Positions 13,384 through 26,959 of a stretch of DNA of 64,000 nucleotides are shown here, one piece after another (the first letter of the stretch is position 1; every line of letters begins with the position of its first letter). The position numbers and the translations under genes were made by a program. Location: NCBI RefSeq assembly GCF_902713615.1, contig NC_052148.1, positions 156,972,569-157,036,568 on the forward strand, written 5' to 3'. Under the pieces are notes generated by a model, which saw only the letters and a list, made by a program, of their open reading frames with translations, searched no databases and had not been told where the DNA came from. This DNA comes from Scyliorhinus canicula. Taxonomy: Eukaryota.

Positions 13384-13664
13384 TGTGGTGAATGTATTGC
13401 TGTAACAATTCACCATATAATTATCTGTATTACGCTGTTGCCCATGTGGGCTCCACCTATGGACCATTGTATGGTACTGCCTATAATGTAGCATGCTGGG
13501 GTCTGTGTGAGCTCTGCCCCTGACTCCACCCCTTGAGGGGAGGTATAAAGAGCAGTCGCCATGTAGGCGGCTCCCACTAGCAGACCAGTCGCAGGCAGGC
13601 ACTGTTCTAGTAAAGCCACAGTTTACTTCTACTCCTGGTTTCGTGTGAATTGATGGTCACATCA
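13384..13664 (+). mobile_element. Solo LTR (Gypsy-like), 281 bp
   Basis: TG...CA ends, 5-bp TSD GACTC, TATAAA at about 13544. Confidence 0.85.
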
Positions 13665-13730
13665 GACTCCTTGGAAAATGTGTGTGGTGCACACCAGATC
13701 GTGCCCCAGGTGCCTTTTCACTAACATAAC

Positions 13731-13962
13731 TGTTGTGTTATGCTTCTTCATGTAGAATACGCTGCTTCCTTGATGTATACTCTGACAAAGGAAGGTTCAG
13801 ACTTGGAGATAGATTTAACAGTTATTGAACAGTTAACAATTCTCCTACTTGAGTTCGACTCTCCTGCTAATCTTGTTATAGTAACTCAGTCTAACTAACC
13901 AGTCTGCTCTAAGCCATGCGGTGGGTGTGATGCTTCCTGATCTGCCCCTGTGTCTCTGAGTG
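13731..13962 (-). mobile_element. Probable partial LTR
   Basis: Abrupt AT-richer insert starting TGTTGTG inside the Harbinger derivative; other end and TSD not seen. Confidence 0.4.
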
Positions 13963-15249
13963 TCTCTGGGATGGTGGAGGGTGTTGGAGACAACTGTGGG
14001 GGGAAGTCAGTGTTATCCCTGGACCCGTGTTCTGGGGTGTCACGGGATGCGGGTCAATGACTGCCGTTCATGTCGGTCTCGTCCTCGTTGCTGATCGATA
14101 AACGCGGTTCTGGCTGTGCCTGGGGTCGGGGCATATGAAAAGGACCCGCCCCATCACCAGCAGCTCCTGCAAGACACATGATTGCATAATGGGCCACGGG
14201 GGAATGGGAGTGGTGGTGGATGTGGGGGTGCGGTGGGTGAGTGGAAGGGTGGGGGATGTGACACATGTGCCATGGGGAACCACAACTCAGCAGGGTTTCA
14301 CTTTCTCACCCGATGCCGACCTCCACCCCGGTGACTGCCCTTTCCTCGGGCCCTCCGACCACGTCCAGTGCTCTCTGTTCTGTTGTGGTGAGAGGCCACT
14401 ACTCCGGGGCTCGTCACCCAGTCTTATCCCCCTCTTGCCGGTTTTCCTGGGGGGAGGGGATAACAAAAAATGCACAGTGTTAGACAGTCCGATGACGTAT
14501 GCAAACCAGGGAGTGGGTAGCTGGTGCAGGGTGGGGATTCGGCCAACCACTGGGGGTGGGGGTTTACAGGTATGTGGGAGGGGGGTAAGTGCCAGGGTCA
14601 CAGTGCTGCCTACTCACCCTGAGGAGGTCGTTCAGTTTTTACCGGCACTGCTGGCCGGTCCGGACGGTGTTGCCCACGGCGCTGATGGCCTCGGCCACCT
14701 GCATACAGAGAACAGCGGTGGCTGGCAGCCTCCTTCACACCCCGGGGTACAGGGTCGCCCGCCCTCTCCTATATGGCGTCCAGCAATGTCTCCAGTTCAG
14801 CGTTAGTAAATCTCGGTGCCACTTTCCTTGCTGCCATCTTGTTGGCTGGGATGAATATGTGTTAGGAGTGCAGTGTGTATATGCGGCTGCAGCTTGTCAG
14901 CCTCCTGAGTGTCAATCCCGACCCCAGCGAATCTGGCACCATTTCTCATTGGAATCGATTGTGTTCCATGTGGCGCTGGTGCTAGCCCCTTAGCGACTGT
15001 TGAATTGGTCCACATGCGGTGCCAGTTTTGCAGTCGTAGAACTCCGCGTATTCTGCCCTGGCTTCAACACCTAGTCTCAGGAACAGAGAATCCGGCTGCC
15101 TATGTTCTAACCCTCCTTTCTTTGTCCTCTTCCACTTGTCCAAAGCTCTCAAAGCAATAGCGAAGAGTTCAATTTCCAACGCAAATAGGAGGCGGGTCAT
15201 CAGATACCCGTTTTTCCCCTATTCAATTGGAAGCACCCCAAAAGCAAGT

Positions 15250-17280
15250 TTAGGTTTGGTCCTAGGTTTGTGTCGTGGGTACGGGTGTTATATAGGACAC
15301 CATCGGCCACTGTGCAAACTAATACCATGAGTTTGTGATCCTTCAGGTTGTATAGGTGGACAAGGCAGGGATGTCCTTTGTCTCCTTGCTGTTCGCATTG
15401 ACGATTCAGCCAGTGGCAATTGCCTTGAGGGCCTCAAACAAGTGGAGAGGGATTATGAGGGACGGGGGAGGGGGGGGGGGTGGAGAGCACAGGGTGTCAT
15501 TGTACACTGATGATCTTTTGTTGTATGTAATGGACCAGGGGACCATTATTGGTGATAATATTAGTGCATTGGAGAGGTCCTGCTCCTTTTCAGGGTATAA
15601 GTTGAATGTTGGGAAAGTTAGTATTTTGTTGTTTGGAGGGGGGGCTTTATATGGGCGGGGTGAACTCCTTAGATTTGGAGGGGTGTCTTACAGAGGGAGA
15701 GGCAGGCGGGGGGGGGGGGGGGGGTTGCATTGCTGAGCCTGTTGTTTTACTATTGGGCAACCAATGCGGAGAAGGTGTTCGATTGGTTGAGGGAGCAGGA
15801 GGTTGCCGGGCACAGATGGAGTCGGGGTCATGTAAGTGGTCATGTCTGGAAGCGTTGGTGGCGGTCTCTCTGCTGTTGGCTCCATTGAAGTAATCATCGA
15901 ATCCAGTGGCTGTCTCCACACTAAGGATCAGGCGGACGTTCTGTGAAGATTTTAAGTTGGGTGAAGTGTCAAGGTGGTCACGTATCTGCAAGAATCATTT
16001 GTTACAACTGGGCAAGCTTGATGCCACTTAAGGGAGGTGGAAATGTAAGGGGCTGGAGAGGATAATGGACCTATTTTTGGAGGGTAATTTTGCTGGCTGG
16101 GAGGAGCTGGGAGAGAAAACAGGCCTTGATGCTGTGGATATGTTTAGGTACTTTCAGGTACCCGACTGGGTCCAGCAAGCTTTATGATATTTACAGGGGG
16201 GTTACCATCCACCTTGCTGGAACGGATTCATTCCTGTGTGGGATTGGAGGAGGGCAGTACGTCGGAGTTATATGGTTGGATCATGCGGGACATTTCGGTG
16301 GCGGATGTGAAAGCTAGGTGGGAGGAGGAGCTGGGTCCTATTTTGGAGGAGCAGGTGTGGAGTGAGTCTCTCCGCAGGTTGAATGTTATGTCATATTGCG
16401 CGAGGCTAAGTTTGATACAGCTCAAGGTAGTGTACAGGGCACATCTGAGCAAGGCCAGAGTGAGTCCTTTTTTAAAATAAATTTAGAGTAGCCAATTTTT
16501 TTTTTTTTTCCAATTAAGGGGCAATTTAGCGTGACCAATCCACATAGCCTGCACATCTTTGCGTTCAGGTGGTGAAACCCACGCAAACACGGGGAGAATG
16601 TTCAATCTCCAACGGACAGTGACCCAGAGCTGGGTTCGAACCTGGGACCTCAGTGCCGTGAGGCAGCAGTGCTAACCACTGCACCACCGTGCTGCCCTGT
16701 GAGTCGGTTTTTTGAGGGGTTGAAGATAGGCGCGAGTGGTGCTCGAGAGGGCCTGCGAATCATGCGCACATATTCTGATCCTGAGCCAAATTGGTGAGTT
16801 TATGGGGATCTTTTTCCAACAACATATTGGCAATTTTAAACGTGGATTTAGAAGCCCCCCTTTAGTAGCGATATTTGGGGTGTCAGACCAGCTGGAATTG
16901 GGGACTGGTGTGATGGCAGATGCTCTGGCCTTTGCCTCATTGTTGGCTTGGCAGCGGATTCTGCTGAGTTGGAGACAGGCAACACCTCCCTGTGCCGCAG
17001 CATGGTTGGGTGAGTTCGTGCACCTCAAGCAGGTCAAGTTCATGGTAATGGGAGCGATTGACGGGTTCTATCATAGATGGAAACCGTTTATATTGCATTT
17101 CAAGGATCTAGTTACTGTTAGCTGTTGGGGGTGTGTTAATGTTATATTGGAGGGGGTTTATAATTGTTTGCAGAGTTTTTGCTGTAATGTATTTATTGAC
17201 ATTTTTGATACACGTGTTATTGTTTGATTTATGTTTATGCATAAAATGTTACAAATGTAGTAAAAATATTTTTTTTTAAA
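15250..17280 (+). mobile_element. 5'-truncated decayed L1 nested in the old L1
   Basis: LLFALTIQP, HRVSLYTDDLLL, LKVVYRAHL, ADALAFASL; A/T-rich tail. Confidence 0.88.
16474..16697 (-). mobile_element. Short HE1/V-SINE-like tRNA SINE
   Basis: Head GGGCAGCACGGTGGTGCAGTGGTTAGCAC, B-box GGTTCGAAC, A-rich tail; imperfect TSD GTGAGTC..TTTTTT. Confidence 0.88.
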
Positions 17281-18387
17281 CTCTAACTGCCTCTCATCCC
17301 CCACCACCGGAAACTCCAAGCCATCTACAAATGTCAACATCTAGGGCTCCGGCCTACCAAGATTCTTGTAAAAAGCCTCAGAGGTAGCATTAACTTTATC
17401 TGGGGCGGAAACCAAGCTAACACACGAGTCCCTAACTTGAATAATCTCCCAGGAGGCCACCTGTTGCCTCAGCTGATGAGCTAACAGATGGCTGGCCTCT
17501 CTCCATACTGATTCAAGACCCCTGTCGATTGCCACAGCTGGCACACCACCTTTTCTGTAGTCAAACTGCATCTGAAGCTTCTTTCTTCTCGCCAGGAGCT
17601 GCGGGGAAAGGGTTACATGAATACTTGTGGCCCACCTCCAAGATATTATCCACCAACCTCTGCCATTTCATCCTTACCTCCATATTCATATGCACCTTTT
17701 TCAAAATTATCTCTCCTCTAATTACTGCCTTTGTGGCTCCCCAAAGCATGGAGGATGAGACAGACTCATTCCTATCAAACTCTACATACTCATCAATGGA
17801 CTTAGACATGCACCACAGAACCCCTTATCCGCCAATAACCCTACATCTAACCTCCACAGGGGGCGCTGAACAGGGCCCAACACCAAAACCAAATCTACAA
17901 TGCGGGTATGATCTGAGATGACAATGGACGAATACTCTGCCCTCCTCACCCAAGGGAGAAGATACCTACCCACCTGAAAAAAGTCAATCCTGGAATACAC
18001 CTTGTGGACTGGAGAAAAGAACAATAATTCTTTACCCCCCCCAACCAGGTGCATGAACCACCACGGATCTGCGCGCCCCCCCCCGCTCTGTTCCATAAAT
18101 GGTAACAGTACCTTCATCACCTCTGAAGGAGCCAACGACTTTGACCTGGAATGATCCAACTTTGGATGAAGTACACAATTTAAATCACCCCCAAGAATCA
18201 GTTGGTGTGTATCCAAATCCTGAACGGAAGCTAACAGCTTCCTAATAAATGTATCATCCCAATTTGGGGCATAAGCATTCACAAATGCCAAAAATCCTGT
18301 GATCATCACGTACCTGCCGTACGGGTCCACACCACCTTGTCCACCAAAAAAAGAGCCTGTTTATTGATAAAAATTGCCGCTCCCTGG

Positions 18388-18685
18388 GCTCTGCATCAGT
18401 GGAACACCACTTGAAACAACTTGCCAATTGCAAGGGCAGCCATTGAACATTTGTTACTAACAGCGATTGTTACTAAGCCAACTTTTTATCCAGTTTGCCA
18501 CATTGCCCTGTACCCCATGGGCTTTCATTTTCTTGACCAATCTGCCCTGTGGGACTTTGTCAAACGCCTTGCTTAAATCCATGTACACATCTACTGCACT
18601 ACCTTCCTCAACCCTTCTCGTCACTTCTTCAAATAATTCGATCAGATCTGTGAGGCAAGACCTTCCGTTAACAAATCCATCCTGA
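18388..18685 (-). mobile_element. CR1 RT fragment
   Basis: Minus frame reads AVDVYMDLSKAFDKVP. Confidence 0.8.
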
Positions 18686-20299
18686 AACCTTGATAGATTC
18701 TAACGAGGTTCATTTCCCACCACAAATCTCCTTGGCCCACTTCAGGACCCGCTTCTTCTCCTGGAAGCTATGAAAACTTATAACTGCTCACGGTGGCTCG
18801 TTCGCCCGAGACTTCTGCCGCAGTGTTCGATGGACCCTGTCCAGCTCTGGAGCGGACAGCAGTCCATCCTCCCCCACCATCATAACGAACATCTGCGAGA
18901 TGTACCCAGTAGGAGTCAGGCCACCGAGACAATTTGTTCACTGTGCTTCGACAGAGCCGTCTCCACTCTCTTCAAAACCTTGCCATGCTCCTTCACAGCT
19001 TCCGAAGTTCTCTCCAACTTTTTCAGGGCCCGGCGTTTCCTCAACTGATTTATGGAGGGTTTCAAACATCACTCCCTATTGCCTCTCGAAATGCTTCTCA
19101 AATTCCGTAGCCAGTCCCCAGTTAGAATCACTGCTGTAATCGGCGCCATCTTTCCTACGGAGGCTCGACACTAACCGCCGAGTCAGTGGAAGAACTTCCC
19201 ACAGTTCCAGCCTTTCTTGACATTCTTCAATATTAGGCTCCTTCTACTTTCATTTGAATTAGTTTATCTGCCAAAAAAACCCCAGGAACCGGGTAAAAAC
19301 GGCCAAAAAACAAGTACCCTAGCAGGAGCTACTCAGTGCACAACCTCCTGCTACATGTCGCCACCGGAAGTCCTCACCGTTAGTCTTGCATGATTCAGTA
19401 AAAAGATTACATCCTGCTGTGATCCAAACCACAGATTTTCTTGGGAGTTTTTTTCACCAGAAGCAAACAAGCTACTGACAAAGATCAGAGAGAACCAGCA
19501 GGAACTCCTGTAGTTCCAACCGCACAGGAACTCAGCATTTCTGGAGTGCGTAACACCAATAGAAGAGGCAGACTAGCCTTCTGAAAATGCAAGTAGATAC
19601 AAGTGGGAGAATGGAGAGCATGGGAAAATGGAATTCATTTTTGTTTTATCCAGCAAAGAACTGGTTCAAAGTCAGACTGAAATATTTGTGAGTGTCGACT
19701 TTCATATTGGCCCCAAAATTAACAAAATGGCATTCTCAGAATTTGGGCATTTCAGATTCTCATATTCCCATAGATCTGATAATGGGGTTTCAATGAAAAA
19801 AACAGACTAAGGATGGAAGAGTAGGGACCTAGGATTCAAATACAGAAAAGACGAGTGCAAACAAATAAATCGATTAAAGGCCCTCAGCATTAGTCCATCA
19901 TAACTTGAATGTGAGCGGACAAAGATTGCTGAAAACCTGCCAGGTGTTTTACTCACTGAGCAATTAAAGACTCCAGTAAATTTCAATATCTATACTCCTC
20001 TCCAAATGTAAACAATAGAAGCCAAGTAGACCAACTATTCAGCCATCAGAGGAGCTAATTTTATTCATTTGTTTATTTGCCCTTTAATTTTCCATGTTGG
20101 AAGTCAATTTCCATCTCTCCAATTTGTTTCTTCCCCTGTTAATATCCAGGAAGACGCAGCAATGAAATTGTAGAATCACCTTTAACTCTGACACTGTTCT
20201 AAAAAATACTCTTTAAATGGTTGCAATCAATAAATAATCACCCCTTTAGTGGTAATGGGAAATCATGTGATCATTTCACTCTTTTGATTGTCATGTCAG

Positions 20300-20421
20300 G
20301 AGAAACTGAAAAAGCAGAAGGAACAGAATGAAGCTTTGGTTTCATCCTTCCAAAAAGAACAGCATAAAATGAGAGATCAACTGTCACAACAGATAGAGAC
20401 AAAATGGAAAGAAAAAGTACG
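20300..20421 (+). CDS. FAM184B: FAM184B-like exon (EKLKKQKEQ...KWKEKVR)
   Basis: cag|GAG acceptor, CG|gtacgt donor, phase 0 to 2, coiled-coil sequence; in frame with next exon. Confidence 0.82.
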
Positions 20422-21564
20422 GTACGTTACACTCTGCAAAGAGTGGCACTTTTCTTTCCCTAAAATATATTTATTATAGTCCGCTATGGAGCTTTTATCT
20501 GTATCATCCACTCAGAAGCTTAACTTCAAAGTATAATTGCTTTTGTAATCGGTTCAGATTTTTAATCAATTCTGAATGACATTTTAATATCTTGTTTAGA
20601 GTATTTGAGAAAATTAAACTTCATTAAGTTTGTTTTCTTGACTATTGATGATATGCATCCTGTGGTGCAGACCAGGGCCAGAAGCTTGAGGACAAATATG
20701 ATTGCAGTGCTACGAACATGCACACAAGTTAAGAGCATGAGTAAGCCATTCTCCCTCAAGCCTGCTCCGCCATGTAATAAGAACATGGTGGATCTAACTG
20801 TGGCCTCACCATCCTGTCTGCCCCCTACAGCCTTTGACTTGCTTATCAATCAAGGTTCTATCTAAACAAACATACAAATTAGGAGGAGGAGTAAATGCTA
20901 CGTGAAATGCGTGCTAAGACACCTTGGTTTGTTAAATGTAGATGGTGATTCAGAATATTGCTGACACTATTAGGGAGGTATTAGGTCGCCAAAGTAATGA
21001 AAAAAATTCCTGGAGTAAAAATTTTAATATTTTGTACCCCTAGAACTGGGCACTAAATAAAGAAGTTTTCATTTTATTTCCAGCAAAGTAAATGGACAGC
21101 AAAAAGACTGTAATTCATACTGTTATCAAATTCAAATCTCATGTAATAAAAAAAAAAGAAATATGACTATTGGATGCCATTTGTAGCTGCATTGGAAGTT
21201 CAGCTGTTCTGAATAAAAAGGAATGAAGCACATATGAGTGAGTAAAATTATTTTGGGTTTTCACATATGTGGAAGATCCTTCACTGGCAACTCAATGATC
21301 TTTACAAGTATGTCAGGCACCTTAAGTCATAGACAGAGCACTGTATTCTGTGATGAAAGTGGGACATTTTTCTATATATTGTATTATGTGTCTGTTGCAG
21401 TAATTTTATTAAAAACACTTAGTATCCAGCTTATGGGCTCAATTTTACATTTGGGAGACTATGTACTCCCGCCAGAGATGAATCACCTCTGATTTGTGCT
21501 CTTGCTGGGAGCGAAAATCCAGAGGCAATTCATTATCCCTTGCCATGCAAGAGGCCCCCAAAAA

Positions 21565-21790
21565 AGAGAGACCCCAGCAGAGTATCCTCATTACAAAAAC
21601 CTGCAACAGAGACTCGCCACAAGAGAGACCCTCACCAGAACCACCTATTACAGAGACCCCCATTAGAGACCCCGACCAGAGACCCTCCCCATTAGAGACC
21701 CCGACCAGAGACCCTCCATAATAGAGACCCCCACCAGAAACCCCCCATGAGAGAGACCCCCACCAGAAACCCCCATAAGAGAGACGTCCA
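21565..21790. repeat. Minisatellite of AGAGACCCC-cored units (about 12-14 bp)
   Basis: Repeated AGAGACCC(C)...ACCAGA units. Confidence 0.75.
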
Positions 21791-23217
21791 GCTCTGAGGA
21801 AAGGTGTGTTTCTCAGACAGACTCCTGAAAGCTTCTCTCCCAAGGACTTTGTGCATAAATCTGTAAGCCACTGAGTGTTAAGTGTATTAATGAGTGGCAT
21901 TTGACCTGTATGTGAGGATTTTGCTTAAATGAAAGTTTGGAAGTAGAAGGGAAAGTAAACTCAAAAGGAAATTTTTCGTTAGAACTGTTTAACTGTTAAT
22001 TGAAAAGTTTTTTTCTTGGATGTTAATGGAGTGAATTCTGAGTTAATAATAATGTTTGTTTTAATATAAAAGATCCTTAGATGTCAGTGGATCATTCCTG
22101 GAGTGAAGAATCCTTTCCTCACAGTTTACAAAATTGAAAAATTGCTGGGGCCTCGTCTGATTTCCTAATATAAATTGGGATTTGGTCCGGGTGCCGTAAC
22201 AATTTTACAAAGATTATAGAAATTCACTGCTTCTGATGATTATGGTACAAATTCCCTTTTTGCTATAGTGTTTTTTTATTAATTGCAATTTTGTCTAAAG
22301 CTGTCAACAATTTCTTCTTCCTGATTTTTTGATTTGAGTTAGTTAACAAGGGAAACAGAAGGTACACTAACAGATAAGCAAGTAGCATAAAACAAGCTAC
22401 CAATATAGAACATTTTAAATAAGAGAGCCTTGCATTTGTATAACAACTTTCAGAACCACAGGATGTCCCAAACCATTTTACAGCCAAGGAAGTACTTTCA
22501 AAGTGTACTCAGTGATGTAATGCAGGAATAAATAACAAAGCCGTGCAGAATCGGCTTGCAGAAAAACTAAGCACTTTTGCAAACTTAATTAAACAAAATA
22601 AAAATGGAATAAATTGCCATGTGAAAAAGAGGGAGGCTCAAAATATCCACTCTTTAGGCTAAAGAAAATCAGAATGGTGGTGCAGAAACTTCTTAATCCA
22701 TTCCTATTCAAGGTGATCTCATGCTGTACATTGAGATATTGGGCACAGCATGCTCTCAATTATACACAAGATTTTTAACTAACCACTTCATCCATAACAT
22801 GAGGCAGTGCACAGTGCATCCATGAATAGAATCACTTCTGTAACCAGAGGGAGCAATAGCACAATGCCATTATGTTTTGTTAGACACCTTACTTCAGACC
22901 AATACTGTGACTTCCAATCATAAAACCTTGGGCATTGGATTTGTGTGATTAGTATGCAACTCGGCATATTAAAACATGGTTGAAGTTTAATTACTGGCCC
23001 AAAATATCTTACTAAAAGAAGTTAATTGAGTAAAAGATGCATCACAGCCAATTTAATAATCTTGTAAGAGTGCATATTTTCAGCACAAACCGAAATGTTA
23101 TTATATTTTAGCTGAAAATATCAGTTGAAAGTGGAAAGGTGCTCTACCTAATAACGTCAGAATTTCTTAGGTTAAAAAGGGCATGATGTACAATGGCTCA
23201 TTGTTATAGGGAACTAG

Positions 23218-23882
23218 CCAACCACGCCCACATGTTCTGGTCCTGCCCCAGACTCGTGGAGTACTGGACAGCCTTCTTCGAGGTAATGTCCAAAGTGGTG
23301 GGAGTGAGGGTGGAGCCATGCCCGATAGTGGCGGTCTTCGGGGTTTCAGAACAGCCAGATCTATTCCTGGGGAGGAGGGCGGATGCCCTTGCCTTTGCCT
23401 CCCTGATCGCCCGCCGTAGAATCCTGTTTGGCTGGCGGTCAGCAGCACCGCCCAGAGCTGCGGACTGGCTGTCCGACCTCTCGGAATCTCTCCAAATGGA
23501 GAAAATCAAATTTGCCATCCGAGGGTCGGACGACGGCTTCCACAGAACGTGGGAGCCATTCATGCAACTGTTCCGGGACCTATTTGTGGCCAATGTACAA
23601 GAGGAAGAATAGTCGGGGGTAGGTAGCGGGAGGGGGGGGGGGGCTACAGGTTCGTTACGGGGGTTCGATGGCTAGCTAAGGCCCAAAACCAAGCTAAATA
23701 AACATGTTGAGGGGGGGAGGGGGGGGGGGGGGCGCAGTTACTACTACGAAGATGCTTACCTGTAAATATGTATGTTAATTTTTGCGTGTTTGTTTTTGTT
23801 TGTTTTTTTTTCTCTCTCCTAACAATTTGTAATTTGTTCAATATAAAATACGAAAACTGAATAAAAACATTTATAAAAAAAA
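23218..23882 (+). mobile_element. 5'-truncated copy of the young L1
   Basis: Nearly identical to about 10199-10857; 15-bp TSD GTTATAGGGAACTAG at 23203-23217 and 23883-23897. Confidence 0.96.
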
Positions 23883-25383
23883 GTTATAGGGAACTAGTCA
23901 TGGTTCTGTTATAGTAAAGGGACCATTTTACCCCAAGAACCTTTAAACCTACTAATGTCTCTCAGTGCACCAATCTTCTCATGCTCCACTGTCATAAATT
24001 GCTGATCATGGATAGCTTTGAGCAGATATCTTGTGCGAAGCTCCTTCCCTGTGACATTGTGAAATGGAAAGAGGACAGAACAAACAGTTATTTATGTTAA
24101 TGAACACCAGATTTAAAAGGATGAAGAACATATTCGAGGAGAAACTGAAAGACCCTCCTGAGAATTTAGGAGCCACTTTATGAGTTTGGACGAAAGAAAG
24201 TTTCTCATTTTAATGAATTTAGTTTCTTACTTATTTGAAGGATCCTCCTGACTCTGGTTTTTATAATTTTGTTACTGTTTCCAGTGTGACTAACAAGAAG
24301 GAAAAGGCTTACATTTCTAATATTTCTGTTGGTAATGTTTGTGATGAAAACACATCTACAACATAAAGGTTTTGGGCCTCCCCACCCTTTGCCTCATTTT
24401 GATTTATTGCATGGCTGCTGTTTAGTGACACAAGACTAAATGAGACTGTACAAAATCTGAGATAGTGAATTTTTTTATATTCATTATTTAATTATAAAAT
24501 GTAGCATTTATACTTGTGTAGATGAATATTATATTGGAATTGTATTATTTTGAGATAGATTTATAATGTTCTGCATTATATAGATCTAATTCTAATAATA
24601 CTTGGTATACAATTACACCTGTATAAACCAAAACCTCCAAAAATCCGAAGTCCCAAACCACAGACACTTATCAAATAACTTACACTGTAATAGATATAAA
24701 GGACACCTTGAAACTATAGACACTCACATATCACAAGCTATGCACAATCTTCAATGCACCGTTGTCTGCAACTTAACGCACCAGACATGCAGGGAAGTGT
24801 GAGGTAGCAGTAAGTGCAAATAAAACAACTTTTGTGTAATGTAATCCACATTACAAATAATACATTGCGGCAGAGAATCTCTTCTAGCTGCAGGATTAAA
24901 TGCACACAGCGCTCTATCACAGGGATAGAAAGATTTGTCTGTCATTGTGGATGCCCCATTACATAAAAGCCTGGAACTACCGGTTGTTTGGGGAAATCTG
25001 GAATCGGGACCCTGAAATCACTGGCGGGTTCCCTGTGGTCGCAGAGCAGCTTTGGGGCAGGGAATAGGATTTGCACAGACATTTCAGGAGACTGGCTAGT
25101 AGTGGCCTGAAGTTTCAGGGAGGGGTTGCTGAAGTTGTAGGAGAATGTCTTAAAATCATCAGTGGCTAAAGGGTTGCGGGTTAAAAGGAGACAGGAACAT
25201 GGGAGCTGGGCGAGCATTAGATTGGTGTATGCAGACTTGGGGACAGAGATGGAGAAGGTTTTCAGCCTTTCCCCACCCACGATTTCCCCTCTTCTCTGAA
25301 TGGCCTCCTGGTCCTTGAAATTTCTCACATGAGAGCAACTGGTGCAAAACCACAAATAAATAACATCAAGTATAGGAGACCCA

Positions 25384-26074
25384 GGGCGGGATTCTCTGAT
25401 CCTGAGGCTAAGTGTTGATGCCGTCTTAAACGCCGTTGCGTTTTACAACGGCATCAACAGGCCCCTAGGAACAGCGACCCTGTGCCGCACAGCTCCAGCT
25501 GCCGATACCGGCATCAGAACGGGCGCCACGCGCCCGCGCATGCACGTTACAGCCGGTACGGGTTTGCGCATGCGTGCTACGGCCGGCGCAAATTTGCGCA
25601 TGCTCATGGGTTTCCTTCTCCACGCCAGCCCCGACGCAACATGGCGGAGAGCTACAGGGACCTAGCACGGAGGAACATTGGCCCCCACCAGGATAAGCCC
25701 GTCTGCCGATCGGTAGGCCCCGATTGCGGGCCAGGCCACCGTGGAGGCCTCCCCCCAGGTCGGAATACCCCCCAGGGTCGGATCCCCCCCCCCCCCCCAC
25801 CATGCCACCCCCCACAATATGAACGCCGAGGTCCCGCCGGGTAGGACCACAGGTGAACGGCCCCGGCGGTACTTGGCCCATTTTGGCGGGCACTCGGCCT
25901 ATCGCAGATGGAGAATCACCGGGGGACCGCTCGGCACTGCACCGGCGCCAATGGTGTTGATTCTCCAGTGACCGGAGAATCAGCGGATCGGCGTCGGTGC
26001 GACGTCACGTGAATCACGCCCCCCCTCCCTTCCCAGGATTCCCGGACCTGGCATGGGGTCAGAGAATCTTGCCC
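25384..26074. mobile_element. Harbinger-family MITE
   Basis: TIRs GGGCGGGATTCTC / GAGAATCTTGCCC; TSD CCA. Confidence 0.9.
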
Positions 26075-26808
26075 CCAATCTTTTTCGGTAAGATATGTAG
26101 AGGTCATATAACTTGATGTCAAATTATGTGATGTCATATGATCTGGTTATGTCGTCTAAACATCACGTCAAGGCTCCAGGGCTGTCTCCAACCAGAGTTT
26201 GCAATTTCACTCCATCAGGTACAAATGAACTGCTAACAGCCCCCTGCTTATCCTACTCTCCCCATACTTCCGACATTAGCAGCTGCAGCACACAGAGGGA
26301 AGGGATTCGGGACACAGTTCTCCATTATTCAATCCTAATTTGTCAGGGATTTGCCACGCACTCCGGCTCTATCATAACCACTCTACCCCATGCAGGCTGC
26401 CAACACAGCAGATCCCAGGATAATTCCTTCAATGGTAAAAGACCCTGGGTTGCAAACACAACAAAAAGCAACTAAACAAATCACATCCCTGTGGCAGGGC
26501 TCCAGAATTTGGCACAATTCCAGTGAGAGCAAGAAAATTAAGTTACCCTATTAATGCTAATCCCGGGTTCTTGGACTCGCCTATTTACTGTCCTTGAAAT
26601 AACCATTTTTTTAAATGAGGACATCTGCACCTAAAGGACACTTGATGCAAGTCTGTTAGGTTTTACTAGTTTACTGGTTGTACTATATCCTTTTGGTAAT
26701 ATCCAGGTTTTACAGTGATTTTTGATCTGCGACAAGAGCAGGAGAAGCTTTTCAGCAGACTAGTTCTGGATCAAAAGGTAAAAGTTGTCCTTTTAATGTC
26801 CCTCTTAG

Positions 26809-26959
26809 ATCTGACAGTGACAAACTAAGGGAGCAATTGAAGAGTGAATATACAAATGACAAACAGTCTGCTCTGGCACACCTGCAGCGGGAGAAAGAGA
26901 GAGAAATGAAAAACTTACAGGAAGAGTGGCAAAAAGTAACAGTAGCACTTGAAACAGAG
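26809..26959 (+). CDS. FAM184B: FAM184B-like exon (SDSDKLREQL...VALETE)
   Basis: cttag|A acceptor, GAG|gtaaat donor, phase 2 to 0, open frame; missed by the ORF track. Confidence 0.85.

Larger units (their letters stand above)
11973..15098. mobile_element. Harbinger internal-deletion derivative (transposase N-terminus on +, Myb/SANT remnant on -)
   Basis: TIRs GGGCAGGATTCTC / GAGAATCCGGCTG; TSD CCT, whose removal restores L1 codons EHRVSL; transposase start MDIRIQPAMV at about 12832; Myb ATG at 14837 (MAARKVAPRFTNAELETLLDA). Confidence 0.88.
5749..19373 (-). mobile_element. Old full-length L1, fragmented by nested insertions
   Basis: 5' end GGACTTCCGGTGGCG at 19373; ORF1 remnant about 19150-18690; APE domain about 18390-17281 (YAPNWDD, GGDLN, SRID, SDH); RT pieces 15240-15099 and 11972-11431; C-terminus 10957-10858 and 6067-6005; 3'UTR/polyA to 5749; degenerate TSD TCACCGT.. 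at 5734 and 19374. Confidence 0.8.

Noticed and set aside
21565-21790. CRISPR-like array
   Set aside because: Degenerate tandem units without unique spacers, in a vertebrate context
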